Positions 1-14,918 are shown, numbered from the stretch's first letter. The stretch: 64,000 bases of DNA from Perna viridis (GCA_037379345.1 CM074515.1:22072001-22136000); one strand, 5' to 3'. Notes: generated by a model from the sequence alone, not told the origin. Program-made: numbers and translations.

Positions 1-3000
1 TGATGCTGGCTCATATGATGCTTCCTGAAAGTATAAAAGGATAACTTAATCAAACTAAAAGATAAACAGTACTCATAATGTTATGAGAATAATGCCTTCA
101 TGATGTAGTTAATACCAGGATGTGTATCACTTATACCAAATAATGGCAGTTTTGAAGTTCAGACAGAAAATACCAGAGTGAGTCTGAAACAGCAAATTGT
201 GATATTCTGACGAGACATTCAAAACTTAATATTATGTTTATTTATGAAATCACTATTGGTTAGAAGTAACATCATCATTTAAAATCACAGAAAAGATCAT
301 GCAGATAGAACAATGGTAAAATAATTAATTTCCCTCTAAATGAAAATATTCAATGATTTCATGAGTATGCCTGTAAAATCCCTACAATGCAGGGTTTAGA
401 TAGCTTTTTGTCTTAATCATGTTGGTCTTTTGAGTTAATAACCATATTTTAATGAAAGTCTTACAATATCAAAAACAACAGGTGTAGCCTCAGCACAGTC
501 CTGTTTCCCACTGACAGCTGCAGAAGGACGAAGAGCTTCAAGTCGCTTAGACATTCGTAACCTAGCCTGTCTTTCCGCCTCTCTCTGTTCTCTAAGCTTT
601 CTAAAATTGAAAACAAAACATTCTTATTGGTAAGTCTAACCTAAACATAGATTTGAGATTTTTAAAGATTCAGGTTTTTTTTTATTCAATTTTTTCAACT
701 GAAATACACAAATGTAGAATATCTACTGATTTACTCCTAAGGCTTAAACTTAACTATCCAGCCAATAAGGTGAAACCTGCCTAAACTAACCCTAAATAAA
801 CTGAAAACCTGTCTCAAGCAGACACTTTTTGGAGACCCTCCTTATCAGATGAAATGTACTTTGAACCTAGGGAAACCAAACCTTAATTAGTTAAGTTTTA
901 CAGTCCAAAAGTGATTTTGGTAGAGACAGGTTTCATTGTATATACCTAGCCTCCTCCTGTTTCGTTTGTTTTTCTTTTTCCTCCTGTTCAGCCCTCAGTC
1001 TTGCCTGTTGTTCTTCCTCTGATATTTCTACAACATCTTCTCTGGTCGGTGGTAGACTTTGTCTTGATCTGCTGTCTATTACATGGTCTAAATTTATAAC
1101 TCTTGGTGGTTTCTTCACTGGTCTGCAATCAGTATATCATTATACAATCATTTAATGGCTTCAGCTTTAATTATTGGCACCGTGGAATACCAATGTATTC
1201 AAATCTACACTGAAATAAAGAGGCACAATTGCCCCTTTTTCTTTTGAATAGAACCTCTGCTCTTCAGAAGAAGAAATTTATTAGTCACAACTGTTCTTTT
1301 ATCTAAAATCTGTATGTTAATGGTTCTACTATAATAAAATTGCTTACTTCAAAAAAGAAATAGTCAAATCAAAAAAAGTATTCATACCAATTTCAACAAG
1401 CATATATAAAGTGTACCCTTATTGTTTGTATAAGTGTGCAGCAGTGCCTTTTTGTTACAAAATTAAGACCCTTATTTTCCAGCTTGATCACTGTATTTTA
1501 CATGTAGTGCTGTACTTGATGAATTGTTAAGTTAGTCTTTAAAGACAATAAACTCTCCCTAAGAAAGTTCTTGTATCAACAATTTCATTTTTGTCTACTG
1601 AGATTTTATAAGATTGACAGACATAAGCCTGTTATATAAAAAGGAGGGTTTCACTCAATACCAAACAAGAACATTTTAATGGTATAAAAGTTCTTCTATT
1701 TGTTGCCATAAACTCTCTTAACCCTTGTCATGCTACACCCGGACCTGTTCGGAATTGGACCTGGTACTGCATTATTGGTTCTGGCAGTGTTAATCTTAGT
1801 TTAGGAAAGTGCAACTTGTGTCCATCTGCAAGCAGCGTGACTGTGCTTTAAAATGAGCCACCTGATATAGAGTTTGTTAAAAAAATAATGACTTGAAAGC
1901 TAAAAAAAGAGGTCGTGAGTTTCTGCTGTAGAAAAAAATGAAATTTTTTGGGGGTAGGGTTCATTTCTCAGACCCTCACCAGAGCAGAATTAATCTGTAG
2001 TACTCTACTTCGCCTGGAAACTAAATAAGAATGATTTCTGTCCCCACCATTTCAATGTCAACCCCTCATATTGACTACTTCTGGTTTTAGGCCAAACAGA
2101 GGCCAAAAATTGGAAAAAATCCTTGTTTTTTCACAAGAGTGACCATTCAGGGGACTCATGACCCCCTACTCCTGACTGTAACACACTTTATTTGGCTTCA
2201 GTAGCCTTCACAGTGTACAGGCTGTAGGATGCATGTTCTCTGGTTCCTGATTTGCTCCCACTGAACCCCACATGTAGCAAAAAATGACCACAAATGGTAA
2301 AAAATAACCATTTTCGAGTGAGAGACCCATTCTTCCATGTTGGCCAACCACCCATCCCTCCCTCCCTCCCTCCCACCAGCTCCTCACCCCATCCACCTCA
2401 CCTTGTGATCACCCATCTTTAATTTATATATATAAGAATCGGCATCAGTACCACTGCGTAACTAAATCTCATTTTTAATTTGCACAAGTTTGCAAAATAT
2501 CGAAATCTAGACTTTCGTTCAGGAATGCTCAACATGACAAGGGTTAATATAAATGTACATTTTCAAAATGGTGGGCTTACCCATGAGGTTTTGGTTTATC
2601 AGGAAGTGCAGCAGCATTGACGCCTTTGGACTTTAAAGACTCTTTCATTTTCTGTCTCTGTTTCTGCCAGGAATCATCATCATCTTCTGAATCACTGGAA
2701 TCTCTGTAAATTAAAATCAAAAAGTCTTGCTTTGCAGTATAAAAAATACCCCGAGTCTTTTAATTTTAGATAAAAATACCTATAAATCTCTGTGTTTTAG
2801 ACAAAACAAGTTTAAGTACACAAAGGCAGGGTTTGACACTAACAGTAGTCCTGTGGTCCTGTGCCACCCTAATTTGAGAGAAGACTACCTTGAAATTTTA
2901 ATCGGTAGTCCTTTGGGCTACCTATACCTATTCCTAAATTCTTACTCCATATACATGTAAAGACAGGGCCGCAAGATTATTTTGAGGACTACCTAACTTA

Positions 3001-6000
3001 TTGATAAGAAAGTCCTATAGGCTACCTAACTAAAAAAGTTAGTGTCAAACACTGCAAAGTAATAAAAAATGGTCACTATTAATTTGGAATAAAGAAGCAA
3101 GCAGTGTCAATGATTTTTCTGATACATTGATTTAAGAATAAAAAAATAAACAAAATTCCCCAAAGCAGAAACTTCATAATAGTATAAAGGCTATTAAATG
3201 TAACAATGGCATCCAACAACATAAGATAGATAACTGATAACAAGAATTACTGTAACGTCACAAAATATCCACATGTCAAGTTAGATTATCTCCCCTCGCA
3301 GATATAACAATAACTATCTTTGTTTACGCTAATATAGTTAAGATCCCTCTTTCTATAACTTTCATCAAAATCTGTTCTGCATTTTAAGAAGAATAACACT
3401 ACAATATTTTAACATGTAAAAGTTGAACTAACACTCCTTGCACACATGCAACAACCATCTTCCTTCATCCTTCATCCTACATCATACAATTTCATCAAAA
3501 TCCATTGAGAAGTTTATGAAGTTTAACCATAATGTTTACCTTTCACAAGATATATTCAGAATTCTCTGTACTCTTTCAATACTTTGTTGCTGTTCTTGTC
3601 TTGTTTTATCAAAATTCCTCAAATCAATAAAAACTGTATCAGATTGTTGTTTGGATGTTTCTTGCTTTGCAACTGAAATGAAACCATCTATCTTTCCATT
3701 CATGTTTCAAATCAATACATGACCAAATCAGTTTTAAGCAAGAGGAAGATCTAAAAACCAAACATATGTCCAAGATAAACAGAAATTACAGAATATCTAA
3801 ATGACCATTCATAACACTGAACTGAAAGACATTTTCTATTCAGAGAGTTTTACACTTCTAGGTAAATGAGCAGTCATAAGAGATGGGAAAACAATTGTAA
3901 TGTATTCATTTCTTTTTTAAACAGTAATATAATTTATTACCTTTAGGTTTGACTGTTGGTGTAATTACTCTGACTGGCAAATCACTGGTATTTGTTCCAC
4001 AAGATGAAGTTTGTTTCCTTTCTGGTTCTGGGACTAGAATGAAAGATACATGTATTGACAGACAAGGTGGTGCTATCAATATAATTTGTACCATCTGCCT
4101 TTTCACAAATATCTATCTGTATTGGAAATAACCTGTATGCAACTGTCATACAAATTATAGCTTGTACACTTTTATAACCTATATATTAACCCAACAATAA
4201 CAAGTAATGAACAAGAGTGTATACAATATGAAATACTCCACTGAACTTGCACTTGACCTCTGCAAGCTCCTAAAAAAAATTACTGCTTTGTGCAGTTATG
4301 CATATTTAAGTATGACAATAAATCTTTAGAAACAAATTTTGGTCAATGAAAACTTGCTCTAACAAGCTCAGTACGTGTACAATCCAAAAGCTGTATTGTC
4401 ACCACTCACAACCAGTGGTAAAAAAATTCTTACTTTCAACCAAGCATATGAAAAATGATGCCCAACTCAAATTCTTTTAATGGTTTATAAGAAGTTGCAC
4501 TTATAAGATACACATGGACAGATAGACTAAATGGACAGAAGGGTTTATAACTTATAAATATCATCTTTCAAACCTGATGTTGATTGAGGAACTGGTTTCC
4601 ATTTGTTAACAACAGGTGGAGTAGTTTCTATCTTTTGACTTTTCTTCACACCAGTCATTGGACAAACATCAGTCAAATCCTCACCAGAAACTCTGGTTGA
4701 TATTGCAGCTAACCTCTGGATCAATGACAAACTCTGGTTCTGGTCTGGAAATATACAATTGTATTTGCAAAAATACTTACAGTTATTGTGTATTCTGATG
4801 AGTCAGTGATTTTTTTAATATTAAAAAAAAACATAACTGCCCAATACCTGTAAGCCTTTGAAACAGTTCATGTCAGAGATTCTCTGCCATTGACACTGTC
4901 TGATGAGGGAGTCATTCCGGAAAATTCATCTTTACAGTATTTTTCACAAAATGTAGTAATTTCAACCAAACACATCCAACTCTAACATGTTAATGTGGGA
5001 AATTCTTAATTCTTCACGGATTTTGAGGGAATCGTCCCCCCCCACTAATGTGGGAGGGTTAGAAGGTATTCTGTCTTGTAATTACGCATCAAATTTGTAA
5101 TTTATTCTAGATTTGATTGTATCTTGTATGGGATAGAAAGCACTTCTTTTTAAATTTGAAGGGTGGTGGTCATTTTAAAAGGATTTGCCTAACAGTACCA
5201 ATGAAAGGAAATCTTTAAAAACTCTTGAGAGAACACACTTCTTAAATGAGTAGAAAATCACTGGAAAATACCAATGCAAAAAGAAAAATTAAAAACCTTA
5301 GAAAGCACCTGAATGATACATCATGTGCCTACACTCACAATCTTTAGAAAAGTTCAGCCCTATAACCAAGAAAATGATCCCACTTTATCAATTGCTGTGA
5401 AAATCAATTCCAACCATGCTTTTAAAGCCATTAACCATTAAGCCTTAGTGTATTTAATGTACTCTGGTATGTCTTCAAAAAAGTGAAGGGTCTCGTGTGT
5501 ATTCCATGTCATGTATATAGGTTGTGAGTCCCTTATAGTACACTAAGGCATTATTGGACTCTCATAAATAGTGTCTTGTGTGTGTACATAGGTGATGTAA
5601 ATCATTTTTTTAAAGTTAGATATTTCTGCAAATCATGCTTTTGTTGCATTTCTACCTTAACACTGAATCAATCATAGTGCACAATATTACAGATGTTTTG
5701 TTCTGAATATATTGCACTGCCAGTCCTCCAAACTATATTTAGTGGGATTTCTCCCTTCGCACATGCACATTTGACGTAAACGTTCCCGATGAAAATGATG
5801 ACAAAATGTGACAGAAGCACTTTTCCACTATGAAAACAAAGACTAAATGAAACTGAAAGGGTAAATTTTATTGAACATACATGTAAACTCCACATTCAGT
5901 CAAATTTTCTCATGTGAAAAATGGTAAAATATGCGATTTAGGGGGTGGGTCCCCTAAAGTAAAATTGGGAAATCTTGAGTCCCTTAAAATAAATGAAGGC

Positions 6001-9000
6001 CAACCATTCACCAATGTATGAAGGAAATTGTTAAAAAAAACTGAGGCGTTATCCAGGCAATGGCAACAACATGTTATGATGAAAGCAGGGGTCAAGCTAC
6101 TTGAGAAACACAGGGTGAAGTGACTTCTCTTTCAGAGAGACACTAGGGAGAAGTAGGGATGATCAGGGAGAAATGAATGCGCATGTGCATCATTTACTAA
6201 TGCTTTTTAAAATATATGTTACTTACAGTACACGCACACAATATAAGCAAGCATTTTCATTTATTCATTTTCTTTTATTGAGATAAATGTTACTTTTTCT
6301 TTAAGCTACAATGTACATATGTAAGTAACTAAATATTTTGGACAAAATAAAATCAGCCTGCTGACTGAATGATTGACATGAAACTGAATTTCTAATCCAT
6401 ACATCTCCCCTTACCAAATTTATTACAGCAAAATTAATATATGATTGCACAAAGCAATGCTTCTTGCAATGCATTGTCCTATTGATTTTGTCTTTTTTTC
6501 AGCAGCACTGGAATGGAAAACAGTGGCATTCTGATGGAATTTTTATTCTGTTTTTTTTCCTGATCCCACTTAATCCATACTGATTTCTTGTTATAAGTTG
6601 ATCAAGAGTATCAATAATCATGTTAAAAATTTATTACTGACAAATCAAGACTGAAACTTTATTGACACATATTGTAGTGGTTGGTATGATCTCATCTCAA
6701 GCTTAAGAAATGTTTCGTCTAAATGGAGAATTTACTGTTCTGTTATGAAACACGAAGATCAAAAGGTACCCTTCGGGTTTATACTGAATAATCAATATAG
6801 GAAAAAATTTAAATGAAGTCCAAAGAACCCACACAACAAATTTGCATGTTTCATAACGAAATGTGAACGGTAAAACATGAATTATCGTAAGCTGAAGTGA
6901 AGAATGTTCATTCCGTATCCTGTCTTAAATGTTTGAAACAAAAAGCTGATTAAAATACTTGCTTGTAACTGATAATTCGATAGATTTCAAAATTTTTTAC
7001 AATTTATTTCCTCGAACAGGTACCATTTTTTTTTAATTGTTATCAGAAGAGAGATAACACTGGTCAAAATACTGCTAAGAGACGGAATACAGTCCTGAAC
7101 AAGGGCGATGTCTGAAAATGAGAGGGCAACTTCACTTTGCTTTTGGCAACTCCAGGGCAACTATTTTGCCTAAATCACCCAGTAGTGTGAGCCCTGGATG
7201 AAGGTAGACGGACCAAAGGATAAAAAAAACTATACAAATCTTACCATTATTATTTGTCTGTCTGCCTTCTCCTGAGCCATATAGGGCCTCTAATCTCTGT
7301 TGGTTGGTCCTGTTCACTGGTGGAGCTAACTGATTGTCCTCATTAAGATTATTCAATAATTCATCTAAAATACATGCAATATCATTAATAATAATCAAAA
7401 CATACTGTGTTGTCATATACAGAATAATGGCAGTTTTGAAGTCGAATGAGAAATTATCACAGTGAACCCATCAGGGTGAGAGGTGATGTTCTGTCAAAAC
7501 TGATAAAAACTGATGTTATTCTGTTTATTGGCAACATCACAGTTGATTTGATTTGACATTGTCTGTGAAAATTGCCGAAATTTTTAAGTATCACAGCAGT
7601 ACAAAATGTAGCCTGAGAAAGAAACTATCAGGCAGGCAGAAAAATAGAAACACAATCAACTTGCCAATAAAAACTAATGAAAAAATGAAAAACTACATGT
7701 AAAATTATGTTCACAATTATCTACAGAAATGAGTTCACTTAAGTCAAATTATAAACTTGATTAATCATAATACATCATCTAGAGAACAATAAAACTTGCT
7801 TTAACAGGGACAGGAGTTACAAGTAATAATTAATAACAAACAGGTTAAAATTTTTGAGACTGATTAGACACTAATATAGTTGGTTATGACTGATGATCTT
7901 ACCAATATTTGTAGGGTCAAAACCTGGAGGAACTAAGACAGGAGCCCTAGGAGACAAAATATTTTGTGCTATTTCTCTCTCTTCATCTCTCCTTATTTCT
8001 TTTCTCAACATGGTGTTCATCTTTCTATCCCCAACATCAATTTTTTCCCAAGTTGTACTTTTCTTCTTGTCTGTTTCTGAAGTTGATTCTTTTTCATGCT
8101 TTTCACAAGAGAAACCTTGACTACTCAACAATTCATTTTCCATATTTCTCAAAGCCTCATTTATGTTCAGCTCCTCCAAATCAGGCAGGCTTTCATTGTC
8201 CTGATTTCTATTGTCTGATTCAAATGATACGGATTCTGATTCTGTAACTTGTGTCCAACTTGAAACACTTTGTTTAACAGGAGAAGTTGTTTCAGTACGT
8301 TGTTCTCCTTCTATCACAAGTTCAGTCCAGCTAGAAGCATTTTTCACTGGTTGTGGCTTAGGGGAGGATTTGAAAACAGAATTTTGTTGTATCTGGAAAG
8401 CTAAATCATTGTCATACATTGATTCTGAAAATTCAGGTGCCTCAATATTGACCCCAGAAAGAGAAATTATGTCTGGATCTTCAATACTTGTGTCTAAATC
8501 TTTGTCATCATCTAATACTGATGATTTTATATTCCTGTGGAATATAATTGGTTCTTCATTGTCAGAGCTCACCTGTTAATGTAAAAAAAAAGATACTGAA
8601 AACTATGAAGTATAATGCAAGACATACAAAATTTAACTTAAAAACACTAACACCATTATTTTTTTAATGTTCATCACATAAGAAAGGTCATTATTAATCT
8701 AATTTTCATTTTTTTAATAGAAATAATTCCAATTGACCAGATTGAACAAGAACTGTGAATGACATACTCAGTGTGATACTGACCAGCTTCCATAACAATG
8801 AACTATGAATAAAAAAAACCTGTTACCCTAAATTCTAAATAGCAGGTAAATATGTAGCCAATAATAAAAACACTACTGATTCAATATAAAATCGAACATG
8901 AAGTTGCAAGTATTGCCTTGCTAGGTATGTTCTCGTTCTAAATAGTGAAGAATGGTAAAGTCCACCAAAACAGCAAGTTGATATCAGAAAGCCACATACC

Positions 9001-9314
9001 AATTTGAAATCAAATTCATTGGGAGCTGCAATACTTAGATATCACCCATCCACTGAGTGAAGGGGTAAACTACATGACACAGGGAATCATTACAATTAAT
9101 GCTATATGTTATTGCATTATTTTAATTTAATGTGGCCTTTCAGCCAATTCAAATGTTCTCTCACATCTGACAGATCGAAGTCAATCGATGGTAAATTTTT
9201 CTCCACTTCAGCAAAGATGTCATCCAGCTTGGGCTTTAGCTGTGATTGTCCAAACATTGTTGTTATCCCTGTAGCATGATCTCCACCACCACCATCACCA
9301 TTCAATTGGTCCAT
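1..9314 (-). CDS. DNAAF8: Dynein axonemal assembly factor 8 (C16orf71/Daap1)-like protein, 3'-incomplete (continues off the left edge)
   Basis: Ten coding exons with GT-AG sites and consistent phases: 9314-9165, 8572-7903, 7364-7245, 4744-4574, 4033-3941, 3672-3540, 2703-2581, 1122-946, 600-465, 24-<1 (599 codons, open). Motifs in order: LDDIFAEVEKNLPSIDFDLSDVSSDNEEPIIFHRN, IDELLNNL, LIQRLAAI, TVFIDLR, SSDSEDDD. These parallel the human C16orf71 blocks as I recall them (WDAILKAVKDQLPSLDSD..EEELFIFQRN, LDDILQSL, LMEQLALL, TIFIDLR, SSDSEEE). An acceptor just upstream of the ATG (exon starts 9337) implies a non-coding first exon. Confidence 0.8.
766..940. mobile_element. Degenerate Tc1/mariner-like MITE directly beside an exon donor site
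   Basis: Inverted cores tgaaacctg (771-779) / caggtttca (927-935), ending ..ttgTA. Confidence 0.45.
1722..2543. mobile_element. Non-autonomous piggyBac-type element (822 bp) in a DNAAF8-like intron
   Basis: TTAA|CCCTTGTCATG ... CATGACAAGGG|TTAA: an 11-bp perfect TIR, CCC/GGG termini and a TTAA duplication (1718-1721, 2544-2547). No transposase ORF. Confidence 0.85.
2827..3054. mobile_element. MITE with CAG..CTG termini (hAT-like)
   Basis: TIR cagggtttgacactaac / gttagtgtcaaacactg (16/17); flanks caaagg / caaagt. Confidence 0.65.
4843..5070. repeat. Dispersed repeat with a second copy at ~26572-26826
   Basis: Both loci share gttcatgt..gagattctc..ccattgacactgtct and cccccc..taatgtgggagg. Confidence 0.6.
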
Positions 9315-11699
9315 AATGTCTCAAGTTACTCTTCAAACTGTAAATATAAAATGAAAATTATCTAAATTTGAAAAGCAACAAGATTACATATAAAGCTGAA
9401 AGATTTACAGTTTATTATCAGCAAACAAAGGCCACATACATGTACTTATACAAGCTTTATATTTTGTCAAAAGGTGTCTTGATCAATATACTGTCATGGC
9501 TGTTTCAGTGAAATATTTAGGTTGTCAAAGCATGTTGCCAATATCATTCCTGCATTGATTCACTACATGCATACATGTGTATGTACATGTACAAAATGTT
9601 TATGTCATTCAATATAAATATTGTAGATTTTTCACATTTAAGCTTCAATTTGAAGTTAAGTATCCATGTTACTACAAAAGGGTTTTCTCAACATATTAAG
9701 ACGCTTTCAGTTTGCAATATTTATTCTGTTTTTCAGGGCCAAATTTAATAGAAATAAAACAAAGATGTACCCCTTCCATAATGGGATTCACTAATCATTT
9801 GTACCTCTGTTTTAGGTACATATGGTATCAAACCAATGTTCAAAGCTTCACAAGGAAATATACCAAGAAATCTTACAACACAGACTACTTATTTATCTAA
9901 ATCACTAACTTACATGTATGAATTGGGAAAGCATTAATGATCACAGATTTCACAAATAATATAAAACTTATTATCTTGTGTCAGTAAGTCTGAGAGACTT
10001 TAAATTGCTCTAGAATTATTCATTTCCACACAGTGTCAGACATTATACCTTAGACAACCTTGACACAAATGGTCTTATTGATCTTCTATGTTGTATTTAA
10101 TCTTATCATGACCATTTTAGTGAAGTGATAGATTTTAACAATTAGTTGAATGTCTGCCAGATATTTTAGAAGATATGCATAGTCCAAACACAAGTACATG
10201 TACATGTAACAGTTTACATACATAATATTTTTCTTTTACCTTGATACATTAGAAATTTAATATTGACAATTTGAAGGCTTATAGAAAAGAAGTCCAAAAT
10301 ACAAATTGGACAAAACATCCCTGGAAATAAGTACAGGCTTAAAAAAAAACAAATAAGTAGTCATATTTTCCTTTGAAGGAAAAGAACATTCATGTCAATC
10401 AATCTTCAACCCATTTGAGACTGTTCCAGTTTCTAAGGCCTGAACATTCAAGTTCCTAGTAAAACTGTAAATTTAGCTCATAATGTTAACAGAAAATTAC
10501 ACTGAGTTCATGCTATTTTTTAACTTGGTCACTTCATTTCACCTATAATGTTGTTCACTTTGCTCTATAACACTACAAAACTAAAACAGGACTAAAAAAC
10601 GAGACAATTTTGGTTATAACATACAATGTTAATCCATGACAGTTAATAAACTCACCCAGAATTGGTTTTTAATTTGAGAACCAGTATCATCTGATAAAAA
10701 GATCGTCCCTAATATATTTGGCCACAAATACTGATTCTCAGGCCACTTCCCAAGTTTTTCAGCCATACTAGATGAATATGAAGTTATATTTTCCTGAGAT
10801 ATGACAATAAAGCCCAAAGGAATAAAGTTTTCAACAATCACCCACAAAACAAACGTAGTAAATTGCATTCTAAAGTCATTAAAATTTTTTGGGACGATTG
10901 TTTTAATGGACAAATTAACTGTTAAAGCCACATCAGAAGACCTTGTCAATTTTCAAAGAACTGATTTGTTAAGAAAGAAATAAAGGTTACACTCATGTCA
11001 TTTTTCACATTTTGGAAGCAACAGAGCATTACAAATGGAGGTTTTTGCAGATAATTAAATTACAATTTTCATCAAATACTTGGACCAACAGTCAATGAAG
11101 GGACGTCAGACATTCAGCAATATTTTACAGATTTGACAGATTAGATGGATCTGACATCAGTAAGCTTGTGTTTGGTAAGTATTATATACATGTACCACTG
11201 AAGTATTTTAAACAAAAAATTGAAAATGGAGGGTCATTTGCAGGTCAAACACAGGAAGTGGAAGATTCTAATAACCTGTGCAAGTGACAGGTCGGATGCA
11301 GGAGAATACAAATTTTTAGGATAATTTTGTGGGTGTGAACTGCATAAAGCAGGTAACTTGACATATATGAATGGAACATGTGGAAAGTTTTGCCAAGATC
11401 TGAGCAGACCCTGCAGTTTCTTTAGCAGTTTAGGAGAATTGTATACAGCCATATAGGTTTCACCAGCCTGTTGCTTATCAAAGTATAAGCAAACATCAAG
11501 CATACTTTCTGTGGAATATGGAAATTCATAAGGTCATTGATGGTATTGATAACAGATTTTCTGTTCAAGATAATTTTTACCAGAACTTCAGCAGAAGATC
11601 CCCCTTTTTTTAAAAGAATCCATTTTCTAAATTCTATTAAGAAACAAACACTATCATTGACTAACCAAAATACCAATATATTTTGAATTCAAATAATTA

Positions 11700-13600
11700 A
11701 TCAACGATTTTTTTATTATTCTGATCCAAAAACAATATGAGTTCGAGACGTAACTGTGCATGTTCATTCCAACATTTTCGAATCCATGGTAATAATGTCA
11801 ACTATGCAGACGCTTTCTGGAATATTGCTTAATTAAAATGAAGAATGGTATTATATTAATCAAAAATATGTTCTTGTAGTAACCTATTACAAAGGTCAAT
11901 TACCTATAACTACAAGTTTAACCTAGAGTAAAACACTCGCCCGATAAAACGGTTTAAACAGCAATATTCTAGCATTGGCGTTCAACATTCTTCACCATTT
12001 CGATATCCCGGATTACAACTGGTCCCAAAATGTTTCCATAGCTCTGTCTAGGTTGGTTCCCATTTAGGGTACCAGATAAACGGAAACAATACTTATTACT
12101 GCCCTTGTCAGCTGAAGGGGAAAACCTGAAAAATATTCTCAGATATTCTGTAAAAACAAAACTGATGGTCACAATATTTGATGTAACGCTTATTTGACTG
12201 CTTATATTGAATGCATTTTTTTAGGAAAGGTTGAATGGTACGTTATCTCAAGTTTCGTAATAAACTAAGAAAACTCCAATGCCATTATTTTCATATTTTG
12301 TGATATGATCAATCATTTCTATTCCCTGTAACATGACTAAGCAGCCAGAGATTCCGTTTGTTTCAGAATCTTTTGTCATTTTTTTTCTTTAAAATTCCAG
12401 AACAAAAGATTTTATAGCATATGTAACTGTAGTCTTCAATTATTTTCTCAGATATTCAGTAGAAACAAAAGCAGTGGGACCTTGTCCACACATTTGTGGA
12501 TGGGGATCCTCTTCAGGCTAATCGTCTACCATCCGGTTTGCATCAAAAACATATAAAATTGTGACGGAAACGCCCGATTCGTTACGAAAATGTTGTCGAC
12601 CTTATCCGCAAATGTATGACTATTGTCATGTACCAGGGGAATGTAACTGTGAAATCGGGGTCTGTACCAGGATTGATTTCCCAGATATAGCAATGCTTTT
12701 TCTTGTTATGGTAGTGTGTGATAATCTAAAGGTAATCTGCTTTTTAATGCTGACGACAGTGGACATCAAGGATGAAACTTTCCTCAACGACGGACGCTAA
12801 GCGATAAAGCTTCAGTCTCATGAAATAACTTAATTGTAGCTGTTATTTGTATTGTACCTTACATTTGAATAAAGCTCAAAAATATATCCTGTGCTCTGCA
12901 GTTAATTTAAAGTAGTGGCCCTTTTAGAAAAAAAAATGCATCATTTTCAAATTCTATGTGAAATACAGAGAGCCAAAGCTAGTTAAGGACAGTGCGTTTA
13001 AGCTGTGCTTTTCAGGGATCCAATGCTTTTATCAGCCACTGCTTTCCTAGGCCAATGCTTTTCTAGGTCAGTGTTTTTCTAAGCCAATACTTCGGTTTCC
13101 TTAAAGTCTTATTATTGCTATGACAATTCAAGATTCCTTATTCAGGAATACTTTATAATTCTTATTCAGAATTACCAACAATTCTTACGTCGAATTTGTG
13201 ACCCAAGACCAGAATGATAAATTCTACAGCTACATGGGTTTATATACCCATTTATGGATCATTCCATTATTTATCATACACCCCTATAGGATGATTCCAT
13301 ATTTAATCCTGCTCTCTGTAGTGTTTGCATATATGGCTATATGTTATAAATTAATAAAGGCTCTGATCCGAAGTCCAAACATTCTCCTATCCGGAATTCG
13401 ACTTGGGATATTATAATATACCACTACTATAAGCAACATGACTTTCCCCAACCCTGAATTGACTCTTCCGAAAACAAAACATGAAACGATCGTTTGAACT
13501 TGTAGGATTGTTAAGCGAACTCTAGGTGATTAAAATTATGATTCCAAAGATAGATAGTGTTTAATATAACTGATGATCATGCATAGGTATCCAAAACTAA
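11700..13600. promoter_or_regulatory. Putative bidirectional promoter region for DNAAF8-like and ANKS3
   Basis: Both genes' ATG exons begin at splice acceptors (9337 on minus, 16148 on plus), so both TSSs lie between them. This interval looks visibly richer in CpG than the flanking introns. TSS positions were not determined. Confidence 0.45.
13020..13092. repeat. 16-bp tandem repeat x5 in the intergenic head-to-head region
   Basis: ca(a/c/g)tgcttt units at 13021, 13037, 13053, 13069 and 13085. Confidence 0.75.
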
Positions 13601-14918
13601 TTCATTACACTATTAATGTTATCGCTAACTGTGTTCACATTTAATAAACTGAGCAATTTTCTGTTTGTGTTATATACTAGCTTGACTGCATATTTGATAG
13701 TGGGAGCAAACCCTGTGCTTGAAAATGTACGGGTTTTACATGTATGTTGGTCAAACACAGAACAAGTCATTTACCATTGTCTTTACCAGATGTTTAAAAA
13801 TAAATTATTAAATCTTGGCTGACATCATAAATATCCCACATGTTAAAAAATGCATTGAATGTTCTTAATTTTTTAGTTTCTACACAGAAGGACCAGTGCG
13901 AATGGATATGTTTCACATCTGCCATCTGGAATGGCAGCATTATGATTTAAAATGTGCCGGACTGAATCATGTGCCAAAACAATCTTTCTTGATATGCAAA
14001 AATAGTCTTTCAAGTTTGTTAAATTTGAATATTGTATTAATTCTGAATGATTTTTAATTGTTATTTGTTACATCAGTTACGATTTAAATTGTATTTGTAT
14101 CATTTTGTATTTATCTGTATAAAAAAAGAATTTCTTACAATTTCTACATTACTTTCTTAAGTGAACCATTTCTGACATGATTCCATGTGACTGAAACGGA
14201 TGTGTGGACAATTAACTTGTAGAGGCTCCCTGTCCGTGAATGCATGGACAAGCAGCCACTGCCAAAAACAAAACTGATGATTGCAATATTTGATATAACG
14301 CTTAGTTTGTTACTGCTTAGATTGAATACATTGTCTGCACCATTTATATGAATGCTTCCTTGAAAGGTTTAAAAGTTGCATGATACAGAAGATAATAAAT
14401 GGACATGCATGATTTCTCTGGTTTCCATACAGGCAAATGAACATTTTTTTTTCCTTTTGAATTTTTCAATTTACAATAAAAAAGAAAATCAATGAATACA
14501 TTATTTATCATTATTTTAAAATTTAAGTTCATTCACAGTTTGTACATAAATCAAAATTTAAAAAAGTACTTGCTTGTTCTCATGCAGCTCCAATTGTGAT
14601 TCCAGAACTCAGCTGTGAGATTCATAATTACATGTAATTGTTTAAGGCTGCAGTTGCACATCTCTTCAATTACAGGTCTATGATTTCAGATAATATTTTT
14701 AATTAGAAGTCATAGAGACTTGTTTGTTCTTTTTTCCACTATGATTCAATTCACCTACTGACTGATTCTTACAGAGAGTTACGCTTAAATACACATGTAG
14801 GCAGTAAATTTACTTGATTGTTTAGCCAAATCATTTTTGTGATTGGCATTAAACCAAGTAGTCTGTGGTTCAATCCTTGGTAGGGAAGGTTTAATTTTGT
14901 GATGTCATCTGCATCCCA

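Noticed and set aside
12561-13416. Short Cys-rich or hydrophobic ORFs (12561-12800, 13198-13416) as small genes in the intergenic region
   Set aside because: GTG starts, no splice support and no recognisable domain.
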